Assembly: GCA_012295275.1 (NCBI GenBank) | Contig: CM022678.1 | Coordinates: 8,370,001-8,434,000 of the forward strand | DNA length: 64,000 nucleotides | Source of the DNA: Chrysomallon squamiferum | Lineage: Eukaryota; Animalia; Mollusca | Direction: 5' to 3' | In this document: positions 11,980 to 24,760 of the stretch, one piece after another | Layout of the letters: each line of letters begins with the position of its first letter | Numbering within the stretch: the stretch's first letter is position 1 | Position numbers and translations under genes: made by a program | The notes under the pieces: generated by a model | Database searches by the model: none | The model's input: only the letters and a program-made list of their open reading frames with translations | Told to the model about the DNA's origin: nothing

Positions 11980-13902
11980 CGCACACACACACATTCACAC
12001 ATACACATTTATACACATACATACACACACATGCACATATATACACGCACACCACATACACACAATTGCACACACACACCACACACACACACACACATTC
12101 ACATCAAAACATACATACACACATATACATACACACGCACATAAATACACACGCACACCACATAAACACAATACACACATACAAACACATACATATAGAC
12201 ACAAACACACCAGTACATAGAAACACACAGATACGCACACATACACACACACACCACCACACACCACACATTCACACACATAAGAACACTCACACATACG
12301 AACACACACACATGCACTCACACACCACATAAACATACACACACGTACTAACACACACCTACATACAAACAAACACACACATACACACACCACATATACA
12401 CACACATGCAAACACACACAAACACACACACATACACACAGACACACACACAAACACACACGCACATACACACACCACATAAAAACACACAAACAAAAAC
12501 ACACACACACCACATTCAAACACATACACACACATACAAACACACACACATATCCACACACACATATACACACACCACATACACACACCAGATACAAACA
12601 CACACACATACAAACATACACATACACACAAATAGAAACACAGACACACATACAGACACACCAAATACACACACAACACATACACACATAGAAACACACA
12701 CACATACTCACACACCACATACACATAGACACGCACATAAAACACACATACAAATACACACACATACAAACACATCCACAAACACACCACATACAAACAA
12801 ACACAAACACATACATATAAACACACACATACACACACATAAAAACACACACCACATACATACACAAACACAAACAGATACATACAAACACACACATACA
12901 TACACACATACACACATATACACACATCCACACACACACACCACATAAACACACAAACAAACACAAGCACATACACAGAAACACACACACATACATACAA
13001 ACACACACATACACACACATAAAAACACACACCACATACATACACAAACACAAACAGATACATACAAACACACACATACATACACACACACCCACATACA
13101 CACAGATACACACACACACACCACATACACACACATTCATGCACACACACATCCACACAGATACATACACACACCACATACCCACACGTATACACACATA
13201 TACATACACATACATACACACATAAACACACACATACATACACACACCACATACACACACAGTTACACACTCATACACATTCATAAAAACACACGCACCT
13301 ACACATACCACATACACACACATACAAACACACACATACATACAAACACACACACATATACACACACCACACACACATACACATAGACACGCATATAAAA
13401 CACATTACAAATACACACATATACACACATCCACACACACACACACCACATAAACACACAAACAAACACAAGCACATACACACAAACACACACACATACA
13501 CACAAACACACACATACATACACACACCCCACATACACACAGATACACACAGATACACACACACACACACACTCATGCACATACGTACACACAAATACAT
13601 ACACACACACCACATCACACACACACGTATACACACATACATACACATTCATACACATACACACAAGTACATACACACACACCACATACACACATACACA
13701 CACATCCACACACAGTTACACACACATTCATACAAACACACACACATACATACACACATACACCAGATACACACACATTCACACACAAACATAAAAACAC
13801 ACATACCAACGAACACACACAGAAACACACATACACACATAGAAACACACACATACACAATTACAAACACATACGCACACATATACACACAACACACACA
13901 CA
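11980..13902. repeat. About 1.9 kb degenerate (CA)n-rich low-complexity array with internal higher-order duplications
   Basis: Almost entirely A/C. An internal block recurs at 180-bp spacing (12841 vs 13021 aaaaacacacaccacatacatacacaaacacaaacagata). Confidence 0.95.
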
Positions 13903-14089
13903 AAATAAAAATAAAATCAGAGAAACAACCGCACAAATGAAAATTGCTAAGCCAGGAAAAAACAAAAACAAGAAACAAAACACAATGGATGTTTTAAAAA
14001 CGTGACTAAATGTGAAACTGGATACCTCACTTGAGGTCTACAGACACGTGTTTTAAATTCGGGTTAGCAATCATGTTTCGTCTTTATTT

Positions 14090-14540
14090 AGTGTAGTGAG
14101 TGTGTAGTGAGTGTTTAGTGTGTGTGTAGTGTGTATGTAGTGTGTGTAGTGTGTGTAGTGTGTGTGTAGTGAGTATATAGTGAGTGTGTAGCGAGTGTGT
14201 AGTGAGTGTGTAGTGTGTGTGTAGTGTGTGTGTGTGTGTGTGTGTGTAGTGAGTGTGTAGTGTGAGTGTGTAGTGAGTGTGTGTGTGGTGTGTGTGTGTA
14301 GTGTGTGTAGTTTGTGTGTAGCGAGTGTGTAGTGAGTGTGTAGTGTGTGTGTAGTGTGTGTGTAGTGTGTGTGTAGTGAGTGTGTAGTGTGTGTGTAGTG
14401 TGTGTGTAGAGTGTGTGTGTAGTGTGTGTGTAGTGTGTGTGTAGTGTGTGTGTAGTGTGTGTGTAGTGTGTGTAGTGAGTGTGTAGTGAGTGTGTAGTGA
14501 GTGTAGTGAGTGTGTAGTGAGTGTTTAGTGTGTGTGTATG
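14090..14540. repeat. Degenerate (GTAGT(GT)n) array
   Basis: Tandem gtagtgtgtgt / gtagtgagtgt units. Confidence 0.95.
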
Positions 14541-14899
14541 TCTTTATGTTTGTGTATTGTGAGTGTATTATACCAGTTTTTAATAAATCACAGATACCGG
14601 TACATGAGCGCGCACACATAAATAAATAAATAAATAAATAAAATATCGTAATGTGAAATTTCTTTTTCAAACTAATTTAATCTCAAATGTAGTTTTCTTA
14701 TTCTATTTATTTTTTTTATTTTATTTTAGTGTATATGTTTGTCGTCATGAAATGTTGGAAGACAATTACAATTTTTAATCAAACTATTTTTCTGGTCGGT
14801 CTAATGAAACACCGAATCATTAATATCCAATATGTCGCTTGATGTCTTTCTATTACCTAGTTTGTAAAATTAACTAAAATTATATATATGAAAAATATC

Positions 14900-14965
<66 letters not shown>

Positions 14966-16460
14966 TAATAATAATAAAATAATAATAAAAGAAAAAAATA
15001 ATAATAGATAAATAAATAAAATTAAATTGTAACCATTCTGGTCATAAAACTGTTTTATAAATTTCTGAGCATAGCTGTATTTAACTGTTAAAACATTCCG
15101 CTTCTGTGAAACCGGCATTTGTGTGAGGAGGGTAAAAAAAAAAAAAAAAAACAACAAAAAAACAACAAAAAAAGAACAAAAAAAAAAGAAATGTATTCTT
15201 TTACCGTTTGTGGCTTTTATTATTATTATTATGATTACATGGTTTCTTGATCTGTATGTCTATTAATCCACCTATCTGTCTGTCTGTATAATATAATTAA
15301 TGTGTATAATATCAACTTCGTACAAAAAGTTCACTGTTGAATTTATTATAAATAATGAAGATGAATCTGAATTTCTTTTTTCGTAGAAGCTCACCTAAGA
15401 AACAAATGAATATTTTACTTCTTCTTTCCAAGTTTTGCAAAAGACACTGTATTAATATAATGGTTTAACTAGTAAGTGAAATATAAATAAGCACTAAAAC
15501 ATTATTTGAAATTACAATCTTTGTTCTTGATTATATACATACATACATACATACATATATGTTAAGTATTTTATAATACTTTTACTTTAAATATTCATTG
15601 TTTGTAAAGTTAAATTTTAAATATAATTAACAGCTGTTATTAAATAATAATAATAATAATAAAAATAATGAAATAAGTTTTGTATTAAAGAGAAATGTGA
15701 TTTATTATTATAATTATCATTATTATTATTATTATTGTTATTATTATTATTATTATTATTTATTCATTTATTTATTCATTCATTCATTCATTTATTTATT
15801 TATTTATTATTGTTGTTGTTGTTGTTGTTGCTCTTGTTAATTAAAGAATTTGTGGCCTTGAACCTCTATTTGTGTATAAATTTAAACAATGTGCTAAGAT
15901 TGATTTGGCGCTAACAAAATATAACTTTGTTTCTTCTTTGGACAGTGAAACACTTTAATACTTTGAGAAAATGTATCACTGTCCAATTACGTAATACATT
16001 TTATATCTTCACGTGATCACTTTTTATCTGTTGTTATTTTATTTTATTTTATTTAGTAAGCTCTTTATTTCTGGATTAAAAGAATAAACTGAAATCGATT
16101 AATTGTGTGTGTGTGTGTGTGTGTTTTAAAGATTTTAATCCCAAGTATTTGACCCATGTAGATTAGCTTGTATTTGAAAGACAACAGTATATGTGTATTA
16201 CTTTTTTTTAATCAATTAAGAATATATTTGATTAAGATTTCTACTGTTCTTTTTTGTTTCCATATCTAAATTAAAGTAAAAATATTATTTAAAAAACTAC
16301 TTGAGTCTAATATTGCTATTAACATTTTAAATAATAAAACTGAACAATAAAACTGAACTGTTTTATTGTGGCAGAATTCTGGACACGAGTGTGAAGCAGA
16401 TTCCACCATTTTACAGTCAGCTGATGACACAGGACCAGGTAAAATGACCAGACTGATCTG

Positions 16461-16720
16461 ATTTCAGTCTGTTGTGTTCATTCAGCAGTGGTGAGTGATG
16501 CTGATGTTGATGTTCTTGTCCTTTCTGCTCTGTGATGTTTCTCCAGAGTCACATTTTGAAGTTTCAGTCTGTTGTGTTCATTCAGTAGTGGTGAGTGATG
16601 CTGATGTTGATGTCCTTGGTCTTTCTGCGCTGTGAAGTTTCAGTCTGTTGTGTCGATTCAGCAGTGGTGGTTGATGCTGGTGTTGACGTCCTTGATCTTT
16701 CTGCTCTGTGATGTTTCTTC
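16461..16720. repeat. Three imperfect tandem copies of an approximately 76-100 bp unit
   Basis: tttcagtctgttgtgttcattcagcagtggtgagtgatgctgatgttgatg...ctttctgctctgtga begins near 16462, 16562 and 16638. Confidence 0.85.
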
Positions 16721-18302
16721 AGTCACTTTTTATATATATGTAAAAATATCTATAAATTATATATTTGTTGTTAGAACCATTTCTATTTTTATTTTTTTAT
16801 TGCAGTAAACGTTGTTTTGTTGTTTTTGTTTTGTTTTTTACTTATACATTTTATCTGTAGTTTCTTATTAAAATAAATCTCACGTTACTTTTTACTCTAC
16901 TGCTAGTAACCAAAGGATAAATACTGTTGTGTTATTCAAGTTATCGGCAGAAAATTAGGTTAGGCATAATATTTGATTTTTTTATCCATCTGAAGACACT
17001 GTTTGTACCAGTAAGTATATCTTACACGTGTACACTAGTGTGAAATTTATACATTTATTAAAATTTAATAAGAAATTCCCATTGAGCTATTGCGAGTTAG
17101 TTCTAGTTCAGAAATATGAGACACACTGAAACTAGAAAATCTGGGAGCGTCGTGGGTACGACCTCCAGTTCCATGTTTCTTATGTTTTATGCATCAGCCT
17201 CACTTTATGAAGAATAAATACATAAAATAAAACTAATTTAACTTGTCTCACAATATTTTATTATCATTTAGTGGATTATTAAAAATGATTTTTATAGTAA
17301 TTATTGTATATATATATATATGTTTAGTTACCAGTAATATTAATAAAAGTGTATTATTAATTAGTTATTTATTACTGTCATCGTCATTATTGTATTTTTA
17401 TTATTACATTTTTTATTCATTTATTTATAAATTTATTAATAATTTATTATTGTGATTATTGTAGTTTATTAAATAATTTTAATATAATTTATTTTATTAT
17501 TTATTCGACTTTTTCAAAAATAAAGCCTCAAATTTTTATTCAACTAGACATAAAATGATAATTTACACAATTATTGTTACTTTTGAATTTAAATTAATAT
17601 TGCTTGATTTGCTTGAGATGAAATTAGTAAAAACACAGATTAATAGAATTTTCTAAATAATTGATAAACAAGACATTATATGTTTTATACTTATAAATAT
17701 ACATTATAAACTATGTAGAAATTAATATAAACATGTTGTTGTGTGTGTTTGCGTATATTAGTGTAATTGTATGCTTGTTTAGTCACAAACACACATACAC
17801 AAATGTACACAAGCATGCACATGCATACACACAATAGTTTTTAGTTTTTAATTTTTTACATATTTAAATAGATTATTACTGTTATCATTTTTGAGTCTTC
17901 CATGAAATAAATATTTGATAACAACACTTGGTATTCCATTTCAAAATTTATTTTAACTTGAAAAATTTAATATTTCATTCACAATTACTCCTTATCATTT
18001 CATTGACTGGAAAATTTGTATTTACTTCTACATATATATATATATATATTCCTTCTTTTCCTTTTAAGTAATATTTCAGAATAAGTATAACTTTTCCAGC
18101 AAGTTGAGAACTAAGTTACAATTCAAAATATTCTTAAATAATTTTATACATTAATTGCCTTCACAAAGTAAACATATCATTCCAGTATTATTTTGTAATT
18201 TGTCATGAATACCCCAGTAAGAAGAAAAAAATAAATAAAAACTAAATTTTTTTTTTTAATCAGAAATAAACCAATTATTTATTTATTCATTTGTTAGTTT
18301 AT

Positions 18303-18371
<69 letters not shown>

Positions 18372-19403
18372 TATTATTATTATTATTATTATTTGATATT
18401 ATAAGCAACTGACCATGGATAATAATTTTCATAATATAAGGGAAATAACTCCCAGTTTCCCACCCAAATTAAAAAAAAAATCACTAATAATAAACACCCT
18501 GAAAACAGTTTTATATCTCTTTTTTATTTACCAAGAAACAGTAACAATGAATTAAAAAATCACATTCAACAGCAAAATTGTAACAAATATAAAAATTAAT
18601 TAATTAAAAATGCCTCTAAAAAACATAATACTGATACATGTGCATTGTAAACAAAAATATTGTAAAAACAAAATATAATTTAACTGTCACATATTTTTTA
18701 TTTTTTACCTTTTTTAAATTATTACATTGGATAATTAATTACTTTATTTAACAGGAGCTAGTATTAAAAATTAATCTGTTTTTTATTAAAGTGTGCTAAA
18801 TAAATTAATTTGATGCTTTATCTGCTGAGTTTATGTTGTATTTTGTGCAAACATAAACATACATATATCACATATACACAAGTAAAAGACACAAACCAAA
18901 CACCAATAACATTACAATACTCACACAACAGAAAATACACATTCACACAGTCACACACACTCACACAGACACACTCACACACATTCACTTAGGCAAATCT
19001 CACACAAACAGACACACCAACATACATACACATACACCAAAACACACAAACACATACAGGTATACATATATTCAGAGACATACCAACATACATACTGACA
19101 TACATCCTCACACATACAGTGCAGAACATAAATTTAATAGATAGTAACTGATATTATCAAAAACACTTCTTATAATAACTGGCCAATGAAAACAACAAAG
19201 ATAAAGATCGAACACTGAAAAAACAAATATGTGAAATAAATGAAAAACAGTATTAACAAACCTGGTAACTGTATATTTACTATCAGCAGAAAAAGAAAAA
19301 TAGTAGAGAAAATATTAAAAAGACAAATAAGTCGTGTCTAGCAAGTTACAGAATGAAATACACGACTTTGTGTATGTAAGATATAATGTGTGTGTAAGAT
19401 ATA

Positions 19404-19518
<115 letters not shown>

Positions 19519-19682
19519 CAAAACTAAATTTATCATCAACAGTAAGTATTTGGTTGTTAGGTTTTGCATCATTCAGATAAAAAGCTGTCATCTTGGATGA
19601 TTGAAAACAGCAGACATAAACTGAATACAAGATTAAGTGATTCCAGCTGGTAATAAAATCAAATAATAACAATAATAATAAC

Positions 19683-19739
<57 letters not shown>

Positions 19740-19954
19740 TCACAATGTGCACAATCTACATTGGCAGAAAATAATTTAATGTCATTGATTAAAATAAGCA
19801 TAGTGTGTACAAAAATAATAATGAGCCGATTAATTCTGATTGGCTGATCTCTGGCTGTGTTTGTTCTTACATGGGTGTATATGCCTGTATGTATGTATGT
19901 ATATACAATTTTAATATTAGTTTAATTTCATTAATATTATTTATTTTTATTGAC

Positions 19955-20104
19955 GGAAGCCAGGGTGTGTGTTACTGTCTGTATGTGTCAGTCAGTGTAA
20001 TATGAGTGATGTTGGTCTAAAGATTTGTGTACTGCAGTCACAGAAAATTCTTCTCTCACTGAACTTAATATCAGCAGCAGTCAGGTGTGTGTCAGTAACT
20101 AGTC

Positions 20105-20139
<35 letters not shown>

Positions 20140-22198
20140 ATAGATGTATTCTGTTAATACAAATGCTGTTGATGTTGTTGTTATAACAAATAATGTAATT
20201 GTTTATCATCAACTACCACATTTCTCCATTATTTAGTATTTTCATTTGAACACAGTAAATTGTTTAAGTTCTGAAACTTTCTCTCACCTTTAAAGCAGCA
20301 GCCAGTCATTTAGTGAGAGCAGTTTTATCAGATAATCCATTACTAGGCAGATCTAGTTCTGTGAGTCCAGTGTTTAGCGAGAGCAGTTTTATCAGATAAT
20401 CCATTACTAGACAGATCTAGTTCTGTGAGTCCAGTGTTTAGTGAGAGCAGTTTTATCAGATAATCCATTACTAGACAGATCTAGTTCTGTGAGTCCAGTG
20501 TTTAGTGAGAGCAGTTTTATCAGATAATCCATTACTAGACAGATCTAGTTCTGTGAGTCCAGTGTTTAGTGAGAGCAGTTTTGAAAAAAGATAATCCATT
20601 AAAAATAGAAAAAAGTAAAAGTAATAAATAGATCTAGTTCTGTGAGTCCAGTGTTTATATGAATAAAGCCAGTAAATAAATATCAGAGTTAATAAATTTT
20701 AAAAATATAATGAAAAATTTGATTCTGAGAGTCCAGTGTTTCTTAGAGAGCTCTGAGAGAAAAGAAATTTAAGAGAGATAGAGAAGCAAGAAATAAAAGA
20801 AAAAGAGAGAGAGAGAAAGAGAAATAAATAAGAGAGACAGATCAGTTCTCTGAGAGAGAGAGAAAGAAACATTCATAGAGAAGAAAACCAGTATGAAAGA
20901 ATAGAAAATAAAGAAAATGTGTTTAAATAAAGAAGCAGTTAATAAATTTTAAAAAAATAAGAAAGAATTTTATTTGAGTGAGTGTTTTTACTAGTGTTGT
21001 GTTTTCTTTAAGAGCTAATGTGACACAGTGAGAGAAATAATCATTTAAAAACAGAAAAAAATAACATCCAAATATTCCATACCAACAACATTTAGAGAAA
21101 GCAACAAAACATAAAAATATTTGTAAGTAAAAACTATTAACACAAATTGTTAAAAACTTATTTATTTGTTATTAGAGAGAGAAAATGCAGTTAGTAGAGA
21201 CTGAGAGACAGAAATAATGTTTTAAAGTAGAAATAGTATCAACAGCATAAAGAAGAGAGTATAAAAAAAAAAAAAGAAGAACTAGAGACTTTTAACAGTG
21301 GTAGTGTTTTAGTCTGCAGTTTTATTATTAGTAAAACAGTTTAACAGCTTTTCAGACTTTTGTTTAGTAGTAGTAGAGCAGAATAATTTTCCTAGAGAAT
21401 TAGTAGACATATCCAAATATTCCAGTTTACCAACAACATTTTGACTATGCAACAAAACACTAGTAGTAGTTGTGTGTATTTGTAGTAAAAACTATTAACA
21501 CAAATTGTTAACACTTACTTATTTGTTATTATTAAAATGCAGTTAGTAGAAGACATCACAATGTTTTAACAGTGGTAATAGTATCAACAGCAGTGATAGT
21601 AGTTGAGGTAATAACAGCAATAGAACTAGTATAACAGTGGTAGTGTTTGTTGTAGTCTAGCAGTTTTATTATTAGTAACAGTAGTAGTAGCAGCAGCAGT
21701 TGTAGCAGTATTAGTAAAAATTAAAATATAAGTAGCATTTGTAGTATAAGTAGCAACAGTAGAAATAGCAGTAACAGACATAGAGGTAAATAGATATATA
21801 ATTACTGTTTATAGATTTAGTGTGTTGAAAGTCAGGGTTAGTAACATTTTTTAAGTAGTAGGATAATAATAGTAACAGTTGTAGTAGCAGAAGTAGCAAT
21901 ATTAGTAAGTAACTGATAATCCTGGACAATTACATATACTACTGCTACTAATAATAATAATAATAATGATAACAATAACTATAACAATGACAATAATAAT
22001 AATAGTAAGAAGAAGAAGAAGAGGAAGATGAAGATGGCGAAGAAGAAGATGAAGAACAAGAAGAGAAAATAAGATTTTTGTTTTCACAATTAGATATATA
22101 TAAATATAAAAATAATTTCTTGTTATTGGTGTAAGCATTGTGTAATAAATATGGAATTCTTTAAACTGGTTTTATTATTATTATTATTGTTACTATTA

Positions 22199-22250
<52 letters not shown>

Positions 22251-23810
22251 TGTTATTATTATTATTATTATTTCTGTTATTATTATTATAAAACATTTTA
22301 TAACACTTATAACTAAGATTACTCACAGCACTCTCAGTGTCTGTTTTGTCGGTGGTGAGGCTAAGGAAGATCACTGTTGTGTTAGAACACATTGCCAAAC
22401 ACACAGCTCGGAAAGCCTGGATTCCAAAACTGTTTCCTGATAAATTTAAACCCTAGTTAAAAAAATAAGTTAATAAACAAAAATAAAGGTGTTAATAATT
22501 AATGAAAATATAGAATACTAAATTATTCAGTAGGTTGTAATATTAAAGAAAATAATGAAAAGAGTGATAACACGAATGTAAATATCCAATATTATGTAAT
22601 TCAGTATGATTATATTTTAAATAAATTCAAAATAATAAGAAAATTAATAAATAAATGAAAGATAGATAGATGCATACATTAAACAGATAGAAGATAGATA
22701 GAAAGATTTATAAATAAATAAATAAATGAAAGATTGATAGATACATACATTAGATAGATAGAAGGTAGATAGAAAGATTCATAAATAAATCAATAAAATA
22801 AAAATAATCAACTGTCTACTAAAACTTGTTTTAAGAGCATTTTTATAAATTAAAACTATAAATAAATTTAAAATTACTTAAATAATTGATTCTTAAGCTA
22901 TTTATGTTCAGAATTATCAGTAGAGAACTTAAAGAAAGATTACATAAAATATTTTCTTTCTTTGTTATACTTCAAAATATTACAACTTTGACAATAATTG
23001 CTAAAAAAAACATAAAGAAAAGAAAGGAAGAAAAAAGAAAGAAAACTAAAAACTTGACAGTTAGGAACAAATAAGAAATGATACATAAAGACACAGATTG
23101 AGATACAAACAGATAAGTACATAGTAAGTGGAGACAGAGGTAAGTAAATAGGTATATAGACAGATTCTGAGAAAGAAATACACACAGACAAACAGAAAAG
23201 CAAAGAGAGATAGAAATAAAATAAATAAATAGGGAGGCAGGCAGAAAGAGAAACAGACAAACAGACTAAGACACATTTACAGACATATTTACCTGAATAT
23301 CTTTTAAACATTCTAAAATCTGACTAAGTGGTAAAGCTTGTGTCAGTTTAAGTCTTGGTCTGGCTGCTTTCAACAAAAATTCCAGTTTCACAAGAAAATG
23401 AATCAGTCAAATCACATGATCAAACTTTTTCTGTGGATCCATATCTTCCTTGCTGTCACCCTTACTGAAAGAACGTTTTAAAACTAACTTCTTTTCTTTT
23501 GTCAGAGTTGTTTGAGCAGTTTGTTCACTTTCTTTCTTAGACATTATTTTTACTGAATACCTCTGTCAGTGGGTGGTGGTGTTTCTGCATGTTTCTTTTC
23601 TAGTGTGTCTGGATGTTCCTTGGCTCAGGAGTTTGAGTTTTCAGTGGTTGGTGTTGTGATGTCAGTTTGTCTTGGATCTAATGGTGGTACTGGTGTTGTT
23701 GGTGCCAATTGCTGTTTCATTTTCAGTGATGTAAAACCCATTTGTCTACAAAACACAAAGCTTCCTGATGTGAAACTCTAATTCCAGACTCTGTAATCAG
23801 TTGCAGAAAC
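19955..23810 (-). pseudogene. RI-type (NLRC3/LRRC74-like) leucine-rich-repeat gene remnant, copy 1
   Basis: Exon 22326-22451 reads (G)LNLSGNSFGIQAFRAVCLAMCSNTTVIFLSL. A repeat-disrupted exon near 20289-20660 reads TGLTELDLSSNGLSD. An upstream low-complexity exon at about 23293-23810 has stops. One exon is inverted (see findings). Confidence 0.65.
20310..20660. repeat. 64-bp minisatellite derived from an LRR exon (about 4-5 copies)
   Basis: Unit gagagcagttttatcagataatccattactagacagatctagttctgtgagtccagtgtttagt; the reverse complement reads NTGLTELDLSSNGLSDKTAL. Confidence 0.92.
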
Positions 23811-24760
23811 ATCTTTAAATTTCTCAGTATTCAAACATATGTATATTTTATTTCTTTTTATTCATTAAAATTCAGACCAGACTCTTAAAATGTCAAAGAG
23901 AAAATTTTGTTTAATAATACAAGAATCATCACTTTTGAAAACGTATTTATAAAAAAACATTGACCACTTTTCATGATGTTAGAATGCCATAAACAATTCA
24001 GTGTGATTCTAATTATGCATAATGAAGACACAAATACGTTTTGCACATAATCAGCTAATAACAAATATTTTCAACACTTGTGAATTAATAACAGCTGGTG
24101 CAATATCATGATGAAAAAAATAATAGCATTATCCCATTTAGTTATATCATTATGAATGAAATATTTTAGTAAAACTAGAAAAATGAAGAGTGGTGAATAT
24201 GTATAAGAATTATTTAGATAACAGTAGTAGTAGTAGTGGAAGTAATAATAGTAATAATAATACTAATGGCAATAATGATCATTTTACACTGATTCAAACA
24301 AACATTTTCTTTAGTTCACCAATGGTAATTTAAATTAAGTGTTTTCTGTAATGTCTGTTTTGTTCATCTTGGTCACAGACGTTGGTCAGAATAAACACAA
24401 AGTTATTTCACAATAATGTTTCAGTTGTACATTTTTTGAATGGTCCTAGATATTGAATAATGTTGCCAATACTTATCTGGACTGAATTTTTTAAGAACAA
24501 CACTGAATGGTTCATTCTAAATACGTTTGGCAGGTTATTTGTTACATTCATGATGATTGGTTTATTACAGATCAATGGCCAGTCTTTTATTACAGACACC
24601 GTGACTGGCTATTTTTAACTCTCAGATCACTATAGTTACATGATAGGTAAATAACAAACTTTTTACCAGACTTTTCTTACAGGCACACTGACTGGATAAA
24701 AGAACTCACAGAATTTTTGTTACAATCATAACAATTGGTTAATTTTAAATCCCAGATCTG

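Noticed and set aside
11995-14670. Long ORFs (up to 459 aa) of Cys/Val/Met or His/Thr
   Set aside because: Translations of CA/GT low-complexity arrays, open in many frames on both strands, with no domain signal.
17085-17175. Possible tRNA or tRNA-derived SINE (gtcgtgggtacgacctcc resembles a B box)
   Set aside because: No cloverleaf or clear A box, and a single degenerate instance.
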